A stretch of 64,000 bases of DNA from Octopus bimaculoides (taxonomy: Eukaryota), in assembly GCF_001194135.2 (NCBI RefSeq), contig NC_068992.1:17805834-17869833 (forward strand), in the 5' to 3' direction. The notes under the pieces were generated by a model, which saw only the letters and a program-made list of their open reading frames with translations, was not told the DNA's origin and searched no databases. Shown here one piece after another: positions 50,598-61,945 of the stretch. Position 1 is the first letter of the stretch, and each line of letters starts with the position of its first letter. The position numbers were made by a program, and so were the translations under genes.

Positions 50598-51004
50598 TCT
50601 CTTTTATTCTTTTACTTATTTCAGTCATTTGACTGTGGCCATGCTGGAGCACCGCCTTTAGTCGAGCAAATCGACTCCAGGACTTATTCTTTGGAAGCCT
50701 AGTACTTATTCTATCGGTCTCTTTTGCCGAACCGCTAGGTTACGGGGATTTAAACATACCAGCATCGATTGTCAAACGATGTTGGGGGGACAAACACAGA
50801 CACAAACATATACACACACATACATATATACATATATATATACATATATACGACGAGCTTTCAGTTTCCGTCTACCAAATCCACTCACAAGGTTTTGGTC
50901 GGCCCGAGGCTATAGTAGAAGACACTTGCCCAAAGTGTCACGCAGTGGAACTGAACCCGGAACCATGTGGTTCGTAAGCAAGCTACTTACCACACAGCCA
51001 CTCG
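50598..51004 (-). mobile_element. Near full-length SINE family B
   Basis: Colinear reverse complement of 56655-57072. Confidence 0.92.
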
Positions 51005-51072
51005 TTCACATTTCATCGAGGAAAAAAAATAACAAAAAACCAAGGAAGAAAGAATAAAAAGAAAACGCATTT

Positions 51073-51252
51073 AACACCAGATCTGAAGATACCTCCGAAA
51101 GCGGGGGGCGCCAAATCGAAAACTGCTGAGTAGTAGGGGCCGAAACCAGCCGTGGTTCCTCCTGCTGATGTCCTTAGCCACTGGATCCTATAAAGGAGCT
51201 GTTGAGATAACGAAACACAAAACGTGGTTGGAATTCCTCAGATAGAGAATTC
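51073..51252 (+). mobile_element. Isolated copy of the HERO-like 3' terminal segment
   Basis: Aligns to 39783-39966 (AACACCAG..CTGAAGA.ACCTCCGAAAG..GTAGGGGCCGAAACC..GTGGTT..CTGGATCCTATAAAGGAGCTGTTG..CGAAAC..TGGTTG.AATTCC). Confidence 0.8.
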
Positions 51253-52188
51253 TTAGACCGATTGAATAGACAATAAGGTAGCAATTTACGGTTAATGTAT
51301 CAGTTCTGGTCGAATGCTTTCAGGTCATAAGAGAAGTAATGATTTTAAGAGGAATCTTGTAATTCTGGATTCACTTTGTTTCTCCTCGATTTTCATGACA
51401 AAAAACTATGAGCAAATACTCGAAAAAGAACTTCTAACTCCGTCCATATAGAAACAAATTGCCATCTGTTCAGTAATAGTCGAAGACTACACAAAATTCT
51501 CGTTTGTTTTCGTGTTTGAAATCAATTCTCTATTTTTTTTTTATAAAGCATGCACTGACAACTACCACAACAGCTCGCGAATGATTAGTCTAAAAATATC
51601 TACNNNNNNNNNNNNNNNNNNNNNNNNNNNNNNNNNNNNNNNNNNNNNNNNNNNNNNNNNNNNNNNNNNNNNNNNNNNNNNNNNNNNNNNNNNNNNNNNN
51701 NNNNNNNNNNNNNNNNNNNNNNNNNNNNNNNNNNNNNNNNNNNNNNNNNNNNNNNNNNNNNNNNNNNNNNNNNNNNNNNNNNNNNNNNNNNNNNNNNNNN
51801 NNNNNNNNNNNNNNNNNNNNNNNNNNNNNNNNNNNNNNNNNNNNNNNNNNNNNNNNNNNNNNNNNNNNNNNNNNNNNNNNNNNNNNNNNNNNNNNNNNNN
51901 NNNNNNNNNNNNNNNNNNNNNNNNNNNNNNNNNNNNNNNNNNNNNNNNNNNNNNNNNNNNNNNNNNNNNNNNNNNNNNNNNNNNNNNNNNNNNNNNNNNN
52001 NNNNNNNNNNNNNNNNNNNNNNNNNNNNNNNNNNNNNNNNNNNNNNNNNNNNNNNNNNNNNNNNNNNNNNNNNNNNNNNNNNNNNNNNNNNNNNNNNNNN
52101 NNNNNNNNNNNNNNNNNNNNNNNNNNNNNNNNNNNNNNNNNNNNNNNNNNNNNNNNNNNNNNNNNNNNNNNNNNNNNNNNNNNNNNNN

Positions 52189-52224
<36 letters not shown>

Positions 52225-52962
52225 GTATATGCATATGTGTGTGTATTTATGTATGTATGTATGCATGTGTATGCTTCTGTATATACACACACACACATAT
52301 AATTTACTGCTACGACTCTAACTCTAATTATTAATTACAGTTAATCTGACATATAAACTATCAAACCGTTATTTAGATTAAATTCCCATTTTTCAACAGA
52401 ATCTAAATTTGTCATCTTGAATAATATTTAACGAATGTTTGCATTCTTTGACACATTGAGAATCATCATTTTGCGGTAGCTTCAACACTGTAGATGTAAC
52501 GGCAATTTGGGATAAATTGTGTTACCACATATTAAATGATTATGGTCAGTTTGTTATAATTAGGCACCCAAACGTCCCGGGAAGATATTTATAGTATCTT
52601 CAATATGTACTTCGGTGAAGTCACACAGGAAAGATTTATTCGTATTTAATATATTTTCTCTTACTTATGCAAAATGTTCCTAAAACATACTTCACTCTTC
52701 TCTCTCTGTCTCTGTCTGTCTGTCTGTTTGTCTGTCTCTCTGTCTCTCTCGCTATCAAACTATATCTTTTACATACAGGGGCGCACGCGCGCGCACACAC
52801 ACCTACTCACACGCACAAAAACACACACAAACAAAAAGAACTATTAAACACACATAAAGACACAAATAAGTGTACATAAACACACACACACAAAACCCAC
52901 GCGGAGTTAAAACAACGTGACTTCAATGAGACTTTATATTGCTTTTGACAGAATGTTTTCAA

Positions 52963-52993
<31 letters not shown>

Positions 52994-53136
52994 CTACTAC
53001 TACTACTACTACTACTACTAGTACTATTACTAATAATATTAGTAATCGTAGTAGTAGTAGAGTAGCAGCAGTAGTAGTGTTGTTGTTGGTGGTGGTGGTA
53101 GTAGCAGTGATGGTGGTACTAGTAGTAGTAGAAGTG

Positions 53137-53170
<34 letters not shown>

Positions 53171-53273
53171 AAGAAGAAGAAGAAGAAGAAGAAGAAGAAG
53201 AAGAAGAAGAAAAAGAAGAAGTAGTAGTAGTAGTAGTAGTAGTAGAAGAAGAAGAAGAAGAAGAAGAAAAAGA

Positions 53274-53311
<38 letters not shown>

Positions 53312-53455
53312 AAGAAGAAGAAGAAGAAGAAGAAGAAGAAGAAGAAGAAAAGGAATGAAAGAATTACTTGTAATCGTGGTGGTCGTGGCGGTATTGGTTG
53401 TAGGAGATGTAGAAGTGGTCGCAGTAGTAGTAGTAGTAGTAGTAGTAGTAGAAAC
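52963..53455. repeat. Compound (ACT)n / (AGT)n / (GAA)n microsatellite with higher-order repeat
   Basis: Direct reading; the [GTA]n[GAA]nAAA block occurs three times. Confidence 0.9.
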
Positions 53456-54278
53456 AGCAGCAGCATATTTCTTTGTAAACTTGATAATGAAGAAATATGT
53501 TAAACTGAGCCTGGTCGTATATTTTTCTCTTTAATTGTGATTGATGGTCGGTTAAGCGTTCTTTTTAGCAAGACTCGTATGTTTACACATGATCCGACAA
53601 GATCATTAGTTTTGTCTGAAATACTTCTGAATATTCATATGCACTTATCTTATTATGACAATGAAGGATACAGGATTCAGGAAATTTTTCTCACAAGTAC
53701 CGATATTTTCATTGTTCTCGTATTTACGCAACTTCAATAAAGGTCTTTACACTTCTGAGCCGCGAAAGTCTTTATACTAAATAGTAGTAACAGTAACACA
53801 TACTCTTTTTGTATTCGGCCTTTTATGTCTAATGCTCCACTGATATGTTAAGACGATGCAATACAAGCTAGTATATTATACCAAAGGAACAGTAAATAGA
53901 TCCCATTGTCAGCAGATTTCCTAACAGGCAGCGAATTGTAAAGACACAACACGAACCGAAAAGCAAACAAACAAGAATAAACACACAGCCAATGTAGTTG
54001 AATTACAACAGATATAAATATCTATAGAAAGGAAGATCGGGACTGATGAAAGTCGGAGCAGCTTTCTGGCATTTATAATTCCTGTTTAATAACTTTAGTA
54101 TTGTTCGTATTTACCCTTGTTCAAATTCCAGCTCTTTGTAAATACGAATATTCGCATGCGTACAACTGATACGTATAAATATGTAGGCATATGTCGACAC
54201 ATACGTTATATAAATATATATACATAGATACGTGTGCGCATTTCTATCTATATACCCGTCTATACACATAGATTCACT

Positions 54279-54352
<74 letters not shown>

Positions 54353-54443
54353 CATGTATTTTTTCTAATAATAATAATGTATGTCTTCATAATGTTTACC
54401 TTGCCTTAACGTTTGTTCTCCTCTTTAACAATTATATATAAAT

Positions 54444-54487
<44 letters not shown>

Positions 54488-54818
54488 TACTTGTGTGTGC
54501 ATATATATATATATATATATGTATACACACACACACACACGCAAATAAGCAGACACAATAAACACATACACATATGCATGTACAACTTGAACGTATATAT
54601 ATATTTATGATACATATATAAATATTAATATATATAGATATATACTTTATACATATAAATACGAACTTATTAAATATATGCACATAAATATAATTCATGG
54701 AGTTAAACAAGATATATTGCATACACATACACACACGTAGGCCCTGTATTTACAAATATAAATATATATACATATATAAGAGTATATATACGCACATACA
54801 TAAATATATATACATATA

Positions 54819-54870
<52 letters not shown>

Positions 54871-55540
54871 AATTTGTACACATAGAAACATACACACACA
54901 CATACGCATACATGCATGTACGCACATACATACATACACACACATACACACACACACATCTATATGAACATACCCACATATTGTTTGAAAGATCAGAGAC
55001 AAAAAAAATTACGCATTACAGCTAAGTGTATCAACTCCTAAACTAAATATATGTAAGCTAAACGCATTTCTGTACTAAAGAGAAATGATTGTATATATAA
55101 GATAATCTACATAATGTTTACTAAGTATCATCGCAACTTTTGGACGTGAAAAAAATATCGAATGCTTCAGTTTTTACATTTAGCTTAAACAAAACCACAA
55201 TATGATATAATCTTCAATCACATCACCAAACAAACCACCTTGTTTATTTTGAAACAAGAGAATTTCTGCCAGAGATTTTGAACCCAAGTAACTAATCTCG
55301 GGTCGAAATCATTGGAAAGATCTTTGAATAACATTCGACCGACAAACTGGCACCGAAGAGAAAGAGAAAAAAATATACATATAACTGATGAATGTCTTAT
55401 ATCTAAGCCGCACGTATTCCCGCTCAAATACTGTTTTATTATTTTCTTGGTAAATAACCATTACGGTTTGTGTAGCAGACCTTTTTTTTAGCAGTGAAAG
55501 GCTAAAAAGGAATCGAACAATATAGAAACATATTATCATC

Positions 55541-55998
55541 TACTTGTTTCAGTCATTAGACGGCAGACATGCTGGGGGGCATCGCCTTGAAGAAGCTTTA
55601 GTTGAATGAATCGACCCCCGTACTTATTTAGTGCTAAGCCTGGTACTAATTCTATCGGTTTCTTTGGCCAAACCAATAAGTTACGGGGATGTAAACACAC
55701 CAACTCCGGTTGTCAAGCGCTGGTGGGGAACAGATACAGACACAAGAACACACACTCAGACACACACACACATATACACAGACACACGCACGTACGCATG
55801 CGCGTGCACGCACACACACACACACAGATGTGATGGGCTTCTTTCAGTTTTCGTCAACCAAATCCACTCCCAAAATTTTGGTCGACCTGAGGCTATTATA
55901 TAGCAGGCACTTGTCCAACGTGCCACGCAATGTGACTGAACCCGGGATCATGTGGTTGGGATGCAGGCTTCTTACCACAAAGCCACACACCTGCGCCT
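55541..55998 (-). mobile_element. SINE family B copy
   Basis: Colinear with the other family B copies. Confidence 0.85.
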
Positions 55999-56117
55999 AT
56001 ATTATTTAGGTTTTAATTGATTTTAGCTGGCTTCGATCCCTCTCCATCACTGAATGATTGGAATCTTGAACGGGTGGTCGGTGGTTACATTTTTGAGAAA
56101 AACCATTAATGTGGGCT

Positions 56118-56495
56118 ATGAGCAGAGGCACCGTCTTGAATTCTCAGTCGAATAAATCGACCTAATGCATTTTAAAAAAATCTCGTACTTATTTTATCGG
56201 TCATTTTGCCGAACCACTAAGTTATGGGGACCAAACACACCAACATCTGTTATCAAGCGGCGGTGAGGACAAACACAGACACACGGACATGCACACACTC
56301 ACACACATGCACGCACTCACTCCCATGTATATTTGACAGCTTTTTTTCTGCTTCGTCTACCAAGTCTAGTCACAAGGATTTGATTGGTCCGAGGCTTTTG
56401 TAGAAAATACCCAAGATGCTAAGCAGTGGGACTGAACCCGGAACCACGTGGTTGGGTAGCAAGCTTCTTATTACACAACCATGCCTGCACCTACA
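56118..56495 (-). mobile_element. Diverged SINE family B copy
   Basis: GCAGTGGGACTGAACCCGGAACCACGTGG, TTTTGCCGAACCACTAAGTTATGGGGAC blocks. Confidence 0.8.
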
Positions 56496-56530
56496 CACAC
56501 AACCACACAAACATACACACACACACACGA

Positions 56531-56586
<56 letters not shown>

Positions 56587-56654
56587 TAGCATATGCATGC
56601 GCATTCTCATACATATGCGTGTGTTTGCTGTGTGTCTACATGTATATATGTACA

Positions 56655-57072
56655 GGCGCAGAAGTGGCTGTGTGGTAAATAGCTTGCTTACCAACCACAG
56701 AGTTCAGGGTTCAGTCCCACTGCGTGGCAACTTGGGCAAGTGTCTTCTACTATAGCCTCGGGCCGACCAAAGCCTTGTGAGTGGATTTGGTAGACGGAAA
56801 CTGAAAGAAGCCCGTCGTATATATGTATATATGTATATATGCATATGTATATGTATATATGTGTGTGTGTTTGTGTGTCTGTGTTTGTTCCCCCAAAATC
56901 GCTTGACAACTGATGCTGGTGTGTTTACGTCCCCGTAACTTAACGGTTCGGCAAAAGAAACGGACAGAATAAGTACTAGGCTTACAAAGAATAAGTCCTG
57001 GAGTTGATTTGCTTGACTAAAGGCGTTGCTCCAGCATAGCCGCGGTCAAATGACTGAAACAAGTAAAAGAGT
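56655..57072 (+). mobile_element. Full-length SINE family B
   Basis: A-box TGGCTGTGTGG, B-box GGTTCAGTCCC, CORE-like GTGGCAACTTGGGCAAGTGTCTT, internal TA/TG tract, GACTGAAACAAGTAAAAGAG tail. Confidence 0.92.
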
Positions 57073-59047
57073 ATATCAGGTGTATGAATTTAGGACAAAG
57101 CGTATTTCTATCGTATGAAGGAAACGCAGAAGACTTTGTAAGGTTTCCTTACCGAATTTTGTATTATTTCTAAAATGGCGATATTCTGTATGTTTTTGAA
57201 GTTTTAGAGAATGAGTAGGCGTTAAGAGTAACGAAGGGTAGAAATGTGTATCCTTCCGTAACACATACCAGTTCTTTCTGTGTAAACTTTCTATATTTAA
57301 ACACGAGACCAGTTACCAGAACATTATCCTTAAATACAGAAACTTTAGATATTAGACGGGAAACGTTAGATGGAAAGACAAAATAGAAACATTACATATT
57401 ATTTTATTTGACACACACCAACATTTCTCTCTTTGTGCTTTCTATTAAATTCTCCTCAAATGCCACACAATGGTCAAATATAAAGGCAGACGATGTATCT
57501 CAGACTAACCAATTATAACGTCCAAAATACTATTACAAAGATAAAAGTAAATTTCCAATATTTAAAGCAATTTTACCACTTGAAGCATCTTTAAGTCTGT
57601 CGATTAGTTTTGACCACTTCCATAAACGAAATAGTTCATTGTGTGATATATATGAATGTCGACATAAAAATTACATACAAACATATAGACATACTTACAA
57701 GCACCCAAAGCACGCATATATACATACATATAAATATGTGTGTGTGTGTGTGTGTGTAGTGTGTGTGTACTTTCACAAGTTCTGTACATTCATATATTTA
57801 ATCAAATTTCCATGGAGGAATTGCAATGTAAATGGCTATCCATGAACAGCGCTCTTGTAAATATCGATGCCAGATAGAATTATCTGTATATTCAAAAGAA
57901 TGAAAATGCTTAACTTGGTTTTCTGAGACTTGTGTGTAACTAACTAGAAATTGGAAGTTTCAGAGACGAAATTTCGAAATATTCATATTTATGGCTATGT
58001 TGTTTCCAGACTAGAACTGTTTTCCACTGTTAATAAATAATCCATTATGCATCCAGTGCTGCCGGGTAACTGTAAATTCATGGCAATGTGAGGTCATTAT
58101 CTATTTGAAGCCATTTCACTGTACTTGCATAGATTAATGCCCTTGACAAATACATCAAAACAATAGATTCTCATTTCCTTAGCTTACAATATCCAATGCC
58201 TTGAGTGTATGTAATACAAAAAATAATAATCAATAGTTTTGTTATTGTATGGGGAATACTTAAGAAAAGAGATAAGTTAGATTCGGTGACCTGGGGTCAT
58301 GGCGTTGTTTCGAATCCCAGCAGTAGTTGGAATTAATATCTCTTAGGAAATCCTTGAAATTCTCAACTTCCAGCATTACCTATCAAAAAGATATGATCAA
58401 TAATAATTATTATCGGGAACTTCTAAGAAACCTGGCAAGCCTTCAGTGTAGATTTATTATGTCGCCTGGCTTAACAAAGCCACAAAACCCTCGGGTGTTT
58501 TCAGCAGAATCAATTCTGTTGTAAAAATTTGAGCGAGGTCTCATTTCGGAAAACAATTCTATCCCTTCCTCCCACGACACTACAGACGCAGAGAGTCATA
58601 GACACCGCGGTTCTTGTAACTGATAAGCCATTAAAGACACCCCCAGGGCTTTTTACTCAGAACATTGGAGAAACTTACCTACATCAAATAATATAATTAC
58701 TTACTTTCTGTTAATAGGAAAGCAATAATAATTACTAAACAACTAGTATTCACATACCGAAAACAACTGCTGCTTATTAAATTTTAGTTATATGATACGT
58801 TAATTAGTAATCAACGAAGAAAATAATAGGGATTAAAAAAAAAAACACAAGATTTCGGGGAAAAGTGGGACTTGTTTACTGTTTCTGTGATGGAAACATT
58901 ATTCTTTATTCTTTAACAAATTTCCATCATTCGCTTGCAGCATAGTTGGTGCACATCAGTTAGGGCGTGAATCGCTTGCTTTAGGCTTGTATTTGTCTTA
59001 TCGATCTCAAAAGTAGCGAATCCATGCCATCTTATGGCACAGAGAGG

Positions 59048-59113
<66 letters not shown>

Positions 59114-59235
59114 CAGACGCAAGCACAGACACAGACACAGACACACACAAACACACACACACACGCACACACTTATCATATATGTATATTTGTGTATATT
59201 CATGTATGTATATATACATTTGTATACTCAAAATC

Positions 59236-59514
59236 AATATAAACAGCGAGACGCAATGTAATACCATAAAGAAAACCTTAGTCGTCGCTAAGTGCAAACT
59301 AAAGTTGCCGAAGCACCTACATTGCTACAATTAAGACTTAAACATCTCTTAATGCTGTAAGAAGAGTGCAATATACACGTATACTGACAAGGGAAGTAAC
59401 CGCTCCATGACTGTCTTTAGAATCACCAGACTAGGTCTAGTCTAGTTTCACCTATACTGTAGGCATCGTCAGTGGTGACTGGTCAGATGGCCGATGGTCG
59501 ACTAATTCCGTCTG

Positions 59515-59554
<40 letters not shown>

Positions 59555-60015
59555 NNNNNNNNNNNNNNNNNNNNNNNNNNNNNNNNNNNNNNNNNNNNNN
59601 NNNNNNNNNNNNNNNNNNNNNNNNNNNNNNNNNNNNNNNNNNNNNNNNNNNNNNNNNNNNNNNNNNNNNNNNNNNNNNNNNNNNNNNNNNNNNNNNNNNN
59701 NNNNNNNNNNNNNNNNNNNNNNNNNNNNNNNNNNNNNNNNNNNNNNNNNNNNNNNNNNNNNNNNNNNNNNNNNNNNNNNNNNNNNNNNNNNNNNNNNNNN
59801 NNNNNNNNNNNNNNNNNNNNNNNNNNNNNNNNNNNNNNNNNNNNNNNNNNNNNNNNNNNNNNNNNNNNNNNNNNNNNNNNNNNNNNNNNNNNNNNNNNNN
59901 NNNNNNNNNNNNNNNNNNNNNNNNNNNNNNNNNNNNNNNNNNNNNNNNNNNNNNNNNNNNNNNNNNNNNNNNNNNNNNNNNNNNNNNNNNNNNNNNNNNN
60001 NNNNNNNNNNNNNNN

Positions 60016-60063
<48 letters not shown>

Positions 60064-60264
60064 ATAGAAATTTAAGGTTCATTTAGCGAAATCCTAATGC
60101 GTATACTGACAATTAATATAAACAGCTAAGCGCAGCGTAATACTATAGAGAAGAAGTATAATGGTCACTAAGTGTGACTAAGGGTGCCGAAGCAGCTATA
60201 TTGCTAGAAGAAGTTAAACAATTCTTAATGCAGTCAGAAGAACGCAATATATACGAGTACTGAC
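59236..60264. repeat. Diverged direct duplication, ~150 bp (59236-59388 and 60115-60264)
   Basis: Shared blocks AATATAAACAGC, GTAATAC.ATA.AGAA, CTAAGTG, TGCCGAAGCA.CTA.ATTGCTA, TTAAACA, TCTTAATGC.GT.AGAAGA, GCAATATA, TACTGAC. Confidence 0.75.
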
Positions 60265-60404
60265 TTAGTGTATGTATGTATGTCTCTCATATAAGTAAAT
60301 GCTTACCATCAGCTATGTGTCTCAAGATTACTAAAGTGAACTACACCTTCAATTGTAGAGTTACAGATCTACTACTGTCACTGCCTTCGACAGACATATA
60401 TCTT

Positions 60405-60629
60405 CAATTTCTTTATTGCCCACAGGGGGCTAAACATAGAGGAGACAAAAAAAGGGGGTTAAGTCGATTACATCGACCCCAGTGCGTAACTAGTACTTAA
60501 GTTATCGACCCCGAAAGGGATGAAAGGCAAAGTCGACCTCGGCGGAATTTGAACTCAGAACCTAACGACAGGTGAAATACCGCTAAGCATTTCGCCCGGT
60601 GTGCTAACGTTTCTGCCAGCTCGCCGCCT
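60405..60629 (-). mobile_element. SINE family C2 monomer
   Basis: Reverse complement is colinear with 34167-34406. Confidence 0.85.
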
Positions 60630-60908
60630 TCGACCACTTATTTCTCTTATATATATATCTTCGACATATATCTTCGACCGCTTATTTCTCTTACACATCG
60701 CATGCGCACGCTCGAACAAATATTCACGTACACACATGCACACACACTCACACACAAACTCACACAGCCGTTTCTCTATTTTCTGACGACTGTAATTTAA
60801 TTATGTACATTTGTTCTTGTGTGGTTTCTACTTTTGTGATCTTTCGGTTTACCCTCATGATACAGACCCAGTTCCAGTTTCGACTGCATTGTTGTGCGTG
60901 AGCTCACA

Positions 60909-60969
<61 letters not shown>

Positions 60970-61234
60970 GTCTATCTATCTAGCTGTCTGTCTGTCTGTT
61001 TGTCTGTCTGTCTACCTATCTGTCTGTCTGACTGTCTGACTGTCTGTCTGTCCCTTTGTCTATGTCTGTCTTTTTATCTATTTATCTGTGTCTGCCTATA
61101 TGTCTGTTTATGTATGTATGTATGTATGTATCTATCTATATGTCTATTTTATACATATATAATTATACATACATATACATTTTGTGTGTAGCGATGTATA
61201 TATCTATATCTATATGTATATATCTATATCTATA

Positions 61235-61283
<49 letters not shown>

Positions 61284-61461
61284 GTATATATATGTATATA
61301 TATATGTATCTATATATAACCATATATATATATATGTGTGTGTGTGTAGATGTATGTACATATGTATACAATCCCAGATATATACGCACCTATGTATACA
61401 TCATGTGAAATGATGTAGAACGCAACATATTTACGTTATAATGAAATTGATGAGATATCTA

Positions 61462-61766
61462 GTTTCAGGTGTGGAAGCAAGGTCTAGAATTGAAGGGCCT
61501 TAGAGTCAACCTAGCTAAAACCAAAATCCTAATAAGTAGGAAGGTAGATAAAACACAAACCCCTTCAGGTAGATGGCCCTGCTCAGTATGTAGAAAAGGA
61601 GTAGGTAGTAACTCTATAAGATGTACCCGGTGCAAGCTATGGACACATAAGAGGTGCAGCAACATCAAAGGCAGGTTAACTAGCAAGTTAGTTTTTGTTT
61701 GTGGCAGATGTTCAGGTGCAATAAAGACTGCAAACAAACAGGAAACAACTTCTATCTCATTCCAGG
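61462..61766 (+). mobile_element. RTE-like LINE fragment: RT C-terminal motif followed by a PHD-type zinc finger (cut by a gap)
   Basis: WKQGLELKGLRVNLAKTKILIS (GL.VN..KTK motif), then CSVC..CTRC..H..C..CGRC (Cys4-His-Cys3). The frame is open over ~99 codons. Confidence 0.85.
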
Positions 61767-61898
61767 NNNNNNNNNNNNNNNNNNNNNNNNNNNNNNNNNN
61801 NNNNNNNNNNNNNNNNNNNNNNNNNNNNNNNNNNNNNNNNNNNNNNNNNNNNNNNNNNNNNNNNNNNNNNNNNNNNNNNNNNNNNNNNNNNNNNNNNN

Positions 61899-61945
<47 letters not shown>

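Noticed and set aside
54043-54070. CTGATGA-AAG...CTT
   Set aside because: No GAAA after the stem, so it is not a hammerhead.
808-57072. tRNA-like A/B-box segments as tRNA genes
   Set aside because: None forms a full cloverleaf with an acceptor stem, and all continue into repeated SINE bodies.
58660-58725. Two minus-strand GTAAGT donor-like sites near an acceptor-like tract
   Set aside because: No coherent open exon; such motifs are frequent by chance in AT-rich DNA.
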